Shown piece by piece: positions 55,595 to 64,000 of a stretch of 64,000 bases of DNA (within the stretch, counting starts at the first letter, position 1; every line of letters starts with the position of its first letter). The stretch is from assembly GCA_963762145.1 (NCBI GenBank), contig CAVXJS010000021.1, forward strand, positions 384,001 through 448,000, given 5' to 3'. The position numbers were made by a program, and so were the translations under genes. The DNA comes from an uncultured Candidatus Rokubacteria bacterium. Its GTDB lineage: Bacteria > Methylomirabilota > Methylomirabilia > Rokubacteriales > CSP1-6. The notes below the pieces were generated by a model that worked only from the letters and a program-made list of their open reading frames with translations, had not been told where the DNA came from and did no database searches.

Positions 55595-55680
55595 GTGGCG
55601 ATACTCGCCCGGGGACAGGCCGGCGTCTGGCGGTTTCCGGACGTCGTCACTGCCGGGCCCCGCGGGGCGCGTGGGGACTA

Positions 55681-56184
55681 CTACTTGGCGTCGCGCTTCG
55701 GCCGGAGCTCGAAGCGGAAGTCGCAGTGCGAGGCGCCTTCCATCACGGTCTGCGTGCGCGTCAGCTTCACCGCGGGGTTGAAGCCCTCCACCAGCGAGAA
55801 GTCGCGGTTGCACGAGAGCAGCGCGCCCACCTCGGGGATGCCGAGCGCGCGGTACATCTCGGCGTAGCGGCAGCGCGTGACGTTGAACGAGAGCTTCTCC
55901 TCGGTCTGCTCGAGCACGTCCATGCGATAGGCGTCGCCCTTCTTCCAGTCTTCCAGCGCGGTGGCGAAGTGGGTGAGGCTGTCGCCGCCCATGCGTCCCG
56001 CCAGCTCCTTGCCCTGCGCGCGCGCCACGTCGATGATGACGTTGCGCGCGGTGGCGAAGACCTGCTCGCGGCCGAACTGGGCGCCGAGCGCCTCCAGCAC
56101 CGGCATCAGCACGCGCGCCTCGATCTCGCGGCGCTTGAGGACGCCGATCTCGTTCAGGTTATCGGGGGGCATCGGGGTGCTCAT
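55681..56184 (-). CDS. L-2-amino-thiazoline-4-carboxylic acid hydrolase-like family protein
   Basis: FNVTRCRYAEMY, LSCNRD, LTRTQTVMEGASHCDFRF. Confidence 0.8.
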   Translation of the reverse strand: MSTPMPPDNLNEIGVLKRREIEARVLMPVLEALGAQFGREQVFATARNVIIDVARAQGKELAGRMGGDSLTHFATALEDWKKGDAYRMDVLEQTEEKLSFNVTRCRYAEMYRALGIPEVGALLSCNRDFSLVEGFNPAVKLTRTQTVMEGASHCDFRFELRPKRDAK

Positions 56185-56600
56185 GGTCCCTCCTTGGCGG
56201 GTCGCGGCGAAGCGTAGCACGCGCGGCCCACCGCGACCAGCGTGCCCGAGGAGTCGCGGATCTCCACGTCGGCCACGGAGATCGTCTTGCCCACGCGCAC
56301 CGTCTTGCCGACCGCGGTCAGGTCGCCCTTCCGGGCCGGCCGCAGGTAGTCCACGCGCATGTCGATGGTGGGCACGCCGGGCGCCGTCTCGGTCATCACC
56401 GCGTAGTCGCCCGCGATGTCGGCCAGCGCGCTGACCACGCCGCCGTGCAGCCAGTCGGAGCCGTCCACGCGGATGAACTCATCCCGGTACGGCAGGCGGA
56501 TCTCGACGCGGCCCTTCTCGGCCGTGACGATCTCGAGGCCGAGGAAGCGCATGAACGGCGAGTGGCTGAAACCGAGCTGCGACAGGTCGGTCCCGCTCAC
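56181..56600 (-). CDS. PaaI family thioesterase
   Basis: LHGGVVSALAD, TIDMRVDYLRPA; coupled start and stop overlaps. Confidence 0.88.
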   Translation of the reverse strand: MSGTDLSQLGFSHSPFMRFLGLEIVTAEKGRVEIRLPYRDEFIRVDGSDWLHGGVVSALADIAGDYAVMTETAPGVPTIDMRVDYLRPARKGDLTAVGKTVRVGKTISVADVEIRDSSGTLVAVGRACYASPRPAKEGP

Positions 56601-58129
56601 TGCGCCATCTCCTTCGCGCGCGCCTTCAGACCCGTGCGGTCGATCTTGCCGGTGCCGCCGAGCGGCAGCGCGTCCAGGAACACGACCTTGCGGGGGTGCG
56701 CGTAGGGGGCGCCGCGCTCGAGGAAGAACTTCCGCACGTCGTCCTCCGTGGTCTTCCCCGCCTCGCGGGCCACGACGAAGGCGATCGGCACCTCGCCCTT
56801 CACGCCGTGGGGCGCGGGCACCACGCAGGCGTCTCGCAGGTTCGGATGCTGGAGCAGGATGTCCTCCACTTCCTTGGGGTAGACGTTCTCGCCCGCCACG
56901 TTGATCATGTCGTCGCGGCGCCCGACGAAGTAGTAGTAGCCGTCGGCGTCGCGGCGCATCAGGTCGCCGGTGTAGAGCCAGCCGCCGCGGAACTTCTTGG
57001 CCGTGGCCTCGGGCAGCTTCCAGTAGCCCTTGGCGAGCCCCGGGTTGCGGGTGACCAGCTCGCCCACCTCGTCCACGCCGACCTCGCGCTTGGCCTCGTC
57101 CACCAGCTTGACGTCGCAGCCCGGGAACGCGAGCCCGCACGAGTTGCGCTTCTTGAGCCCCCAGCGCGAGTTGACGATCGGGACCGGCCCGCCCTCGGTG
57201 AGCCCGTAGCTCTCGCCGATGGGGGCGCCGAAGACGCGGCGGAACTCGTCGAGCAGCTCCTCGGGCACCTCGGCCGAGCCGCACACCGCGTAGCGCACGC
57301 TGGAGACGTCGTGGCGGCCGAGCGCCTCCTTCTCGGCGAGGATCATCTTGTACATCGCGGGCACGCCGGTCAGGTACGTCACCTTGTAGCGGTCGATGGC
57401 GCGGATGACCTCGAGCGCGTCGAAGCCGGGCAGGATCACGAGCGAGCCGCCCGCGAGCAGGAACGGCTTCACCGCGCCCGCCATGGCGTTCTTGTGGTAG
57501 AGCGGCACCGCGATCAGCGCGCGCTCAGTGTCGTCGGCCAGCAGCGCCTTGCGCATGATGTCGGCGTTCCAGAGCTGCCCGCCGTGGGTCAGCAGCACGC
57601 CCTTGGGCTTGCCGGTGGAGCCCGACGTGTAGGGCTGCATGCACGTCTCGTCGAACGCGGTGGCGCGCCGGGCCAGCGTGGGCGCGGCGGCGGCCAGCAC
57701 GGTCTCGTAGGCCAGCGCGCCGGCGGCCGCGGGCCCGTCGGCGATCACGTGCTTGATCGCCGGGATCTGCGCCGCGAGCATCAGGCCGCGCTCGGCCAGC
57801 GCGGCGTTGGCGACCAGCACCGCGGCCTCGGAATCCTCCGCCACGTAGCGGAGCGCCTCGTCGCCCATGCGGATGTTGAGCGGCACCGCCACCGCCCCGA
57901 GCCGCATCGTGCCGAAGAGCGTCTCGAGGAAGCGGAAGTCGTTGTTGAAGAGCAGCGCGACGCGGGCGCCGGCCCCGACGCCGAGCGCGGCCAGGGCATT
58001 GGCCATCCGGTTGGCCCGGGCGTCCAGCTCGGCATAGGTCAGGACCGTATCGCCCTGGAAGACCGCCGGCTTGGACGGGGTCAGGGCCAGCGCGGTGTCG
58101 AAGATGTAGCCGAGGTTATCGGGGAGCAT
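56597..58129 (-). CDS. Class I adenylate-forming enzyme (acyl-CoA ligase)
   Basis: YTSGSTGKPKG, YGLTE, WLYTGD, GENVYPKEVE, TGKIDR. Confidence 0.92.
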   Translation of the reverse strand: MLPDNLGYIFDTALALTPSKPAVFQGDTVLTYAELDARANRMANALAALGVGAGARVALLFNNDFRFLETLFGTMRLGAVAVPLNIRMGDEALRYVAEDSEAAVLVANAALAERGLMLAAQIPAIKHVIADGPAAAGALAYETVLAAAAPTLARRATAFDETCMQPYTSGSTGKPKGVLLTHGGQLWNADIMRKALLADDTERALIAVPLYHKNAMAGAVKPFLLAGGSLVILPGFDALEVIRAIDRYKVTYLTGVPAMYKMILAEKEALGRHDVSSVRYAVCGSAEVPEELLDEFRRVFGAPIGESYGLTEGGPVPIVNSRWGLKKRNSCGLAFPGCDVKLVDEAKREVGVDEVGELVTRNPGLAKGYWKLPEATAKKFRGGWLYTGDLMRRDADGYYYFVGRRDDMINVAGENVYPKEVEDILLQHPNLRDACVVPAPHGVKGEVPIAFVVAREAGKTTEDDVRKFFLERGAPYAHPRKVVFLDALPLGGTGKIDRTGLKARAKEMAQ

Positions 58130-58178
58130 CCGGCCGATACTGCCCCGCCCGCCACCGGTCCGTCAAGGAGGCGGGCCG

Positions 58179-58955
58179 TCAGCGAGGGCCGTCGACGTAT
58201 TTGATGCGGCCCTTGAAGCCGGCGGTCCGCTGGAAGGCCGCGAGCACCAGCGGGATATCGGGTCGCTCGATCAGGAAGTTGGTGTCGATGCGCGTCCGGG
58301 ACTTCAGGCGAATCTCGAGGTTGCGGGCATCCTCGACCTTGTCGCCGATCATCGCCCGACGCTGCGACCAGACCCGGAGCTCGGCGACGTCCGCCGTCGG
58401 ATAGCGACGGGTGGTGAAGCTGAAGGAGTCGCTGTACTTGAACTCGGTCGGCCCGATCACGAGGAAGGTTTCGAACGCGGCCACGTTCACCAGGGTGGCG
58501 AGGGCCCCCCACATCCAGGCCAGCGGCCCCATCTGGCGGGCTCCGAGACGCAGTGGCCTGGCCATCCACGCGAGCGCCGGCCAGTCTGGACGCCCGCGCA
58601 CCACTCGGTGAAGGATCGACGGGGAGATCACGAGACCGACCAGGAACGCCGGGATCACGGCGAGGATGGGCAGATCGCTCATCCGATGGGAGAACAGGGC
58701 CGACGGGTCGGCGCCCGCCGCCGCGAGCAGACGGGTCTGCACGAACCAGAGGGGCGCGCCGACCAGCGCCACGATCAGGAAGCAGCCGAGGGCGTACGCC
58801 CGGTTCTCCCGCGGTGGCAGCGGGAACACCGGCGGCTCATTCGACTCCGGCGCCCGCGGCGCGATCAGGATCCGGACCATCCCGACCACCAGCAGAGGCA
58901 GAATGCACGCGACGACCGCCAGCATCAGCGGCACGCCCGCGCGGTCACCCCACAT
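58179..58955 (-). CDS. Hypothetical membrane protein
   Basis: About four hydrophobic segments plus a soluble C-terminal domain; overlaps the upstream stop. Confidence 0.65.
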   Translation of the reverse strand: MWGDRAGVPLMLAVVACILPLLVVGMVRILIAPRAPESNEPPVFPLPPRENRAYALGCFLIVALVGAPLWFVQTRLLAAAGADPSALFSHRMSDLPILAVIPAFLVGLVISPSILHRVVRGRPDWPALAWMARPLRLGARQMGPLAWMWGALATLVNVAAFETFLVIGPTEFKYSDSFSFTTRRYPTADVAELRVWSQRRAMIGDKVEDARNLEIRLKSRTRIDTNFLIERPDIPLVLAAFQRTAGFKGRIKYVDGPR

Positions 58956-59745
58956 GGCCCTGAACCGCCCACGCTCGCGCGGTCAGCTCGATGCGCTGCC
59001 CGTCGACCGGCGCGAGCCGCGCGTTCAGGTGCGCCCGGATCTGCTCCCGCGTGGCCTCGCTCACCGAGGCCAGGTAGGTCGGGGCCGAGCCCTGGCGGCC
59101 GAGGAACGGGGTCCAGTAGTCGTCGAAGTCCTGGAAGACGGCGGGGATCTCGAGGGCGCGGACCTGCACCGCGCGGAGGCCGGCGCCCTCGAACAGCGCG
59201 CGGAGCGGCTCGGGCTGGCAGATCGGGAACCGCTCCGCCTGGTCGAGCTTGGCGGCCCCCGGGCTCACCGCGATCACCGCGTCCCAGAAGTGCCGGATCA
59301 TCTGCATGCCGCCCGCGTAGTCCCATACGTACAGGCAGACACGGCCGCCCGGCTTCGTGACCCGCGCCATCTCGCGCGCCATCGCCGCGTGGTCGCGGAC
59401 GAAGTTGAGGACCAGGCCCGAGACGGTCAGGTCGAAGGCGCCCGCCTCCCACGGCAGGCGGGTCGCATCGCCCGTGACGAAACGCGCGCGAGGGTCGCGG
59501 ACGCGCTCTCGCGCCGCGGCCACGAACCCCTCGGACGTGTCCAGCCCTTCGATCGCGGCGGGCTCAGAACCGGCCAGGATCGTCGCCGCGAGGGCGCCGG
59601 TCCCGCAGCCGACGTCCGCCCAGGTGAGGCCCCGCGCGGGCGCGAGCCACCGCAGCAGCTCGACGGCCACCTGGCGGCTCCAGCGGCCGACGTACCGCTC
59701 GTAGGCGTCGCCGGATCCCCAGCTCTCCATCGGCGCGGCGGTCAT
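58945..59745 (-). CDS. Class I SAM-dependent methyltransferase
   Basis: AYERYVGRWS, WADVGCGTGAL, GLVLNFV, YVWDY. Confidence 0.88.
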   Translation of the reverse strand: MTAAPMESWGSGDAYERYVGRWSRQVAVELLRWLAPARGLTWADVGCGTGALAATILAGSEPAAIEGLDTSEGFVAAARERVRDPRARFVTGDATRLPWEAGAFDLTVSGLVLNFVRDHAAMAREMARVTKPGGRVCLYVWDYAGGMQMIRHFWDAVIAVSPGAAKLDQAERFPICQPEPLRALFEGAGLRAVQVRALEIPAVFQDFDDYWTPFLGRQGSAPTYLASVSEATREQIRAHLNARLAPVDGQRIELTARAWAVQGHVG

Positions 59746-60719
59746 TCGATCACGTGCGCGGCCCGCACGAGAAGCGACTGCGGGATCGTCAGCCCGAGCG
59801 CGCGGGCGGCCTTGAGATTGATCATCAGCTCGAGCGTGGCCGGCTGCTCGATCGGCAGGTCCGCCGGCTTCGCGCCCTTGAGGAGGCGGTCCACGTAACC
59901 GGCCGCCCGTCGGAAGTTGTCGGGCACGGACGGGCCGTAGGCCATCAGGCCACCCGCCTCGCTGAAGTCCAGCTCCGCGTACATCGCGGGCAGCCGGTGA
60001 CGGGCCGCCACGGCCACGATGCGCTCGCGCTGGCTCCACAGATAGGCGTCGGCCAGCGCCAGCATCGCGTCCACGCGGCGCCGGCCGCCGCCGGCAAGCG
60101 CGCGCTCGATATCCGGTACGTCGCGGGCCTGGACGCTCTCGAGCTGGACGCCGAGGGCCCGGGCCGGCGCCTCGAGGCTCGTCACCTTGTGCATGTTCGC
60201 GTCGTTGCGGGGGTTCCAGACCACTGCCACCCGTGCCAGCGACGGCAGCGCCTCGCGCAACAGCTCGAGCCGCTTGCCGTCCAGCTCGACCCCGGTGGAG
60301 ATCAGGAACCCGGTCACGTTGCCGCCGGGCCGCGCCAGGCTCGCCACCACCCCCTGCTGCACCAGATCGATCGCGGCGGCGCCGATGACGATGGGAATCG
60401 TGCCGGTGGCGCGCCGGGCCGCGATGACCGCGGGACCGCCGTCGGTCACGATCACGTCCGGCGAGAGCGCCGCAAGCTCGGCGGCCAGCGCGGGCAGCCG
60501 GTCCATCGCCCCCTCGGCCGCCCGGACCTCGAGGCTGATCTGGCGGTAGCCGAGCGCCTGCATCTCCCGCCGGAAGGCCTCGACGTTCCGGGTGTGGACG
60601 ACGCTACTCGTCAGCCAGCCGATGCGCGGCGGCTTCGCGGACGCCTGGCCCATCACCCCGCCCGGCCGCACGACGAGGGCCGCCCCGAGCGTGGCCAGGA
60701 ACGCGCGGCGATGCGTCAT
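59742..60719 (-). CDS. Orphan ABC substrate-binding protein (PF04392-like)
   Basis: RRAFL, SLARPGGNVTG, KRLELLRE, GGLMAYGP, GAKPADLPIEQP, INLKAARALGLTIPQSLL. Confidence 0.88.
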   Translation of the reverse strand: MTHRRAFLATLGAALVVRPGGVMGQASAKPPRIGWLTSSVVHTRNVEAFRREMQALGYRQISLEVRAAEGAMDRLPALAAELAALSPDVIVTDGGPAVIAARRATGTIPIVIGAAAIDLVQQGVVASLARPGGNVTGFLISTGVELDGKRLELLREALPSLARVAVVWNPRNDANMHKVTSLEAPARALGVQLESVQARDVPDIERALAGGGRRRVDAMLALADAYLWSQRERIVAVAARHRLPAMYAELDFSEAGGLMAYGPSVPDNFRRAAGYVDRLLKGAKPADLPIEQPATLELMINLKAARALGLTIPQSLLVRAAHVIE

Positions 60720-60727
60720 CCGTGGGC

Positions 60728-61198
60728 TCAGCGGGCCCGCGCCGCTTCCGTGATCTGCGCCGCGTGCTCCTCGGCGTGCTCGCCCACCCGCCGGGCCAGG
60801 AACACGATGGACATGGGGCCGAACGTCGGGTGGCGTCCCTCCCGCGACCAGTCCGCGTCCGGGAGGGTCTGGAGGAGGCGCGCGAGCTGCTCGTGCTCCG
60901 CGACGATCGTGGCCAGGAGGTCTCCGGCCGTCTCGCCCCGCGCGAGGCTGGCGGCGCGATAGCCCTCCTCGTCGAAGTCCGCGAAGACGGGCGCGTTCTC
61001 GTAGAAGAGCCGCCGCATCCGGAGCCCGTAGACGAAGACGATGACGTCGCGCAGGTGGGTCAGCGTCTCGAGCGCCGACCACTCCCCGGCCTTGGGCGTC
61101 ACGTCGAAGCGCGCCGGCGGCGCGGTCTCCACCGCGCGCCGCACCACGCCGGTCGACGACCGGATCCGCTCGATCAGCACACGATGCTCAGGGGTCAC
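60728..61198 (-). CDS. DinB family protein
   Basis: GEWSALETLTHLRD, GRHPTFG, EHAEEHAAQI. Confidence 0.8.
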   Translation of the reverse strand: MTPEHRVLIERIRSSTGVVRRAVETAPPARFDVTPKAGEWSALETLTHLRDVIVFVYGLRMRRLFYENAPVFADFDEEGYRAASLARGETAGDLLATIVAEHEQLARLLQTLPDADWSREGRHPTFGPMSIVFLARRVGEHAEEHAAQITEAARAR

Positions 61199-61656
61199 GA
61201 TTGGTTCTCCAGGCCCTTGGGGAATCGATCCGCCACGAGGCTGAGGCGCACGCCGTGCTCGAGCAGGGCCTTGAGCCCCGCGAGCACCAGCGTGAAGCCC
61301 TCCGTCGAGCCGACCGCCTGCGCGGCGACCGCCTCGGTGTCTCCCGTGAAGCCGGTGTTCGTGATGCTGACGAACGTCGTGCCGTCCGGCAGCGGCGTGA
61401 AGATCCACTCCACCGTGGTGGGCGCGCCCTCGCCCGGCCATTCGATGAGGATCCGCCGGTGCCGCTCGATCGCCTTGACGCTCACTTGCGCCGAGACACC
61501 GTGCATCTCCCACTCCCAGGTCACCTGCTTGCCCGGCTCCAGCCAGCCGCTGCCCCGGGTGAACCAGAACCGGGACGTGATGGCCGGATCGACGAACGCC
61601 TCGAACACCTCGGCGACGGGCTTCCGGATGAGCATCTCCGCCTTTGCGGTGATCAT
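61195..61656 (-). CDS. SRPBCC family protein
   Basis: IRKPVAEVFEAFVDP..FWFT, GFTLVLAGLKALLEH. Confidence 0.88.
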   Translation of the reverse strand: MITAKAEMLIRKPVAEVFEAFVDPAITSRFWFTRGSGWLEPGKQVTWEWEMHGVSAQVSVKAIERHRRILIEWPGEGAPTTVEWIFTPLPDGTTFVSITNTGFTGDTEAVAAQAVGSTEGFTLVLAGLKALLEHGVRLSLVADRFPKGLENQS

Positions 61657-62200
61657 CGCTGGATTCTACCTTCGACCCGGGCCAGCTGCTCGGCGACCGC
61701 TCGGTCGCCTTCCAGCCGGAGCACGGGCCCCGGCAGCGCCTTGATCCAGGCTTCGTGAAGCGCGCGGCTGCGCATCTCGACGTCACCGGTGTCGTAGCGG
61801 CCGGCCCAGTCGAGGAACTCGACGGAGGCGCCGTGACAGCGCCCCGCCCGGCGCGATGGCCTCGCGGCCGTAACGTGCGGCCTCGCGCGCCCGCAGCCGG
61901 GCCAGCCGCACCTCCGTCGGCACCACGAGGAACACGGCCAGCTCGAACTCCGGGATCAGCGGGTCTCCCCAGCCGCACAGCGAGCCCGACAGCACCCATG
62001 ACGCGGACCCGGCCAGCTCGGACCGGAGCAGCGCCAGCCGGGCCTCGACCGGCCTCGGCTGCGTGTACGGCAGATCGGTCGGCAGCCAGTAGAAGTCATC
62101 GGTATCCAGGTGACGGTGCCCGTGCTTCGCGGCCAGCGCGAAGGCGAGCGTGCTCGTCCCGCTGCCCGAGGCTCCGAAGATGTGCACGCGCGCCGTTATC
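61653..62200 (-). CDS. Adenylate kinase-like P-loop protein (frameshift near 61830; start uncertain)
   Basis: IFGASGSGTST, HLDTDDFYW, WVLSGSLCGW; C-terminus HEAWIKALPGPVLRLEG. Confidence 0.78.
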
Positions 62201-62219
62201 GTGGCGCGGACCCCTCGCG

Positions 62220-62780
62220 TCAACCGCCGGTGCGCCGGCCGCGGAACCACGTGAGGAGGCCGGCTGTGCTGTCGAGCCGCACGCCCTCGCGCTCGAGCGT
62301 CTCGTTCTGGGCCGCGATGATCTCGGGAGCGGACCGGTCGCCGTCGGGCCACGTGCTGTGGCCATCCTCGGCGAGCCGCACCGTATAGCCCAGCTCTAGC
62401 GCCCCTCGACAGGTCGCGGTGACGCAGCGCTCGGACTGGATGCCCGCGACGACGAGACTGCTCGCGCCGAGCCCCTGCAGGACCGCGCGCAGGTTCGTGC
62501 CCTCGAAGGCGTTCCGAGCGCGCTTCTGGACCAGGGGCTCCCTCCCGACCGGCGACAGGCGCGGCGCGATCGGCCACCCGGGCGCGCCCTCCGCGAAGGC
62601 TTCTCCCGCGTCGGCGCAGTGCTGCACGTGCACGACGGGCACGCCCGATGCCCGCGCCTCCTGCAGCAGAGCCTCCGTCTTCTGCAACAGGACGTCGGCC
62701 TGATGCGCCGGAGGAATCCCGCATCCGCCAAACGTCGCCTGCTGAAGATCGACGAGGAGCAGCACGGGCGCTTCACTCAT
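62220..62780 (-). CDS. Isochorismatase family cysteine hydrolase
   Basis: LLLVDLQ, VHVQH, GIQSERCV, EDGHST. Confidence 0.88.
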   Translation of the reverse strand: MSEAPVLLLVDLQQATFGGCGIPPAHQADVLLQKTEALLQEARASGVPVVHVQHCADAGEAFAEGAPGWPIAPRLSPVGREPLVQKRARNAFEGTNLRAVLQGLGASSLVVAGIQSERCVTATCRGALELGYTVRLAEDGHSTWPDGDRSAPEIIAAQNETLEREGVRLDSTAGLLTWFRGRRTGG

Positions 62781-63108
62781 CGGGCCGGCCGTAGGCGCGC
62801 TCGACGCGGCCGATCCGGATCATGTAGTGCGAGTACCAGATCTCGCGCCCCTTGCGCTTGGCCACCTGGTGCTCCGGATCCCGCGCCCACGCGTCGATCG
62901 CGGCCAGGTCCTTGAAGTAGACCGCGGCCACTCCGGTGCCGTCGCGATTGCGGGCGGCCTCGATGCCGAGATAGCCATCGTAGGTCGCCGCGCGCTCCAT
63001 GAGGCGCTGGAACATCTCGGTGTGCTCGGTGTGATCGACGTCCGCGTTGATCGAGGTGAACACGACCGCGTAGTACGGCGGCTTCGGCGTCTTCGAGATG
63101 TAGGGCAT
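62773..63108 (-). CDS. Antibiotic biosynthesis monooxygenase family protein
   Basis: PKPPYYAVVFTS, GYLGIE, EHQVAKRKGREIWY. Confidence 0.85.
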   Translation of the reverse strand: MPYISKTPKPPYYAVVFTSINADVDHTEHTEMFQRLMERAATYDGYLGIEAARNRDGTGVAAVYFKDLAAIDAWARDPEHQVAKRKGREIWYSHYMIRIGRVERAYGRPDE

Positions 63109-63131
63109 CGCGGCCTTCTCGCCCCGCGCGG

Positions 63132-63920
63132 CTACCGTCCTTGGAACTTCGGCGCGCGCTTCTCCTTGAAGGCCTGCACGCCTTCCCGGTGATCCTCGGT
63201 CTCGCGCACCACCGCCATGTGCGACGACACCAGGTCGAGGTGCGTGCGCAGGTCGAGCCGCATGGACTGGTAAACCAGCCGCTTGATCATTCGTACCGGC
63301 ACCTGCGGGCCGTCGGCGACGCGCCGGGCGAAGGCGTAGGTCTCCTCCGCGAGCTTGTCGTGGGGCACCACGCGGTTGACGATACCGAGCTCGAGCGCCC
63401 GCGGCGCCTCGATGAAGTCGGCGGTCCACAGCAGCTCGAGGGCGCGGGCGGTGCCGATGAGCCGCGGCAGGAAGTAAGTGTCGCCATCGCCCGGCACCAG
63501 GCCCACCCGGACGTAGCCGGTGGAGAATCGCGCCGCGTCGGAGGCGATGCGCATGTCGCACATGAGCGACATGCCCATGCCGGCGCCGACGGCCACCCCG
63601 TTGACCATGGCGATCACCGGCTTGTCCATCGCCTCGAGCATCCTCGGCACGTTGTGGATGTGCTCCCAGAGGCCGTTCTTGTTGTCGAGCGGGGTCGGGT
63701 CACCCGCGCCCATGCGGCCGACGTCACCGCCGGAGCAGAAGGCCTTGCCCGCGCCGGTCACGATGACCACGTTCACGTTGGGATCGTGCTGGGCCTCGCG
63801 CAGGGAGGCGGCCCAGCGCTCGATCATCGGCCCGGTGAACGCGTTCATCTTGTCCGGCCGGTTGAGGGTGATGGTCGCGATGCGGTCCTTCACCTCGTAG
63901 AGCAGCTCGCTGTCCGCCAT
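63132..63920 (-). CDS. Enoyl-CoA hydratase/isomerase family protein
   Basis: ITLNRPDKMNA, AFCSGGD, KPVIAMVNGVAVGAG, EDHREGVQAFKEKR. Confidence 0.92.
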   Translation of the reverse strand: MADSELLYEVKDRIATITLNRPDKMNAFTGPMIERWAASLREAQHDPNVNVVIVTGAGKAFCSGGDVGRMGAGDPTPLDNKNGLWEHIHNVPRMLEAMDKPVIAMVNGVAVGAGMGMSLMCDMRIASDAARFSTGYVRVGLVPGDGDTYFLPRLIGTARALELLWTADFIEAPRALELGIVNRVVPHDKLAEETYAFARRVADGPQVPVRMIKRLVYQSMRLDLRTHLDLVSSHMAVVRETEDHREGVQAFKEKRAPKFQGR

Positions 63921-63946
63921 GGGCGTGTCCTCCGGGACGTGTGGGA

Positions 63947-64000
63947 TCAGGCGCGGAGCTTGCGGCCCCGCCAGGTCTTCAGGGAGTAGAGCGCCAGGAG
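63947..64000 (-). CDS. C-terminal end of a gene entering from the right edge
   Basis: Reads ...LLALYSLKTWRGRKLRA* with typical codon usage. Confidence 0.5.
   Translation of the reverse strand, partial: LLALYSLKTWRGRKLRA

Overview
Very GC-rich bacterial DNA. The gene content (PF04392-type and Tat-exported ABC binding proteins, CaiB, LLM and SDR enzymes) is reminiscent of soil Candidatus Rokubacteria/Methylomirabilota, but taxonomy cannot be proven from this window. There are about 60 densely packed, mostly minus-strand genes: a type III PKS trio, many redox and CoA-metabolism enzymes, a PLD-family protein, a secreted vanadium haloperoxidase-like protein, a Liv-type and a CUT1-type ABC transporter, fur-katG, and a signalling block at 25.8-37.9 kb. 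About a dozen genes carry single-base frameshifts, most likely long-read errors. I saw no rRNA, tRNA, CRISPR array, integrase or transposase. Best leads: (1) a GAF protein whose unannotated C-terminal half shows motifs in the order expected of a divergent class III nucleotide cyclase, close to two non-canonical cyclases; (2) a REP-like palindrome family that sits at rearrangement junctions, brackets a fur-katG cassette splitting an ABC operon, and is inserted in frame into an acyl-CoA ligase; (3) two paralogous Cys-containing TPR-like sensors with different outputs (cyclase versus LuxR HTH); (4) a lower-GC islet with an RxxxxH HEPN-like ORF next to an RNA-repair-type HAD fragment. All calls are by eye, without database searches.
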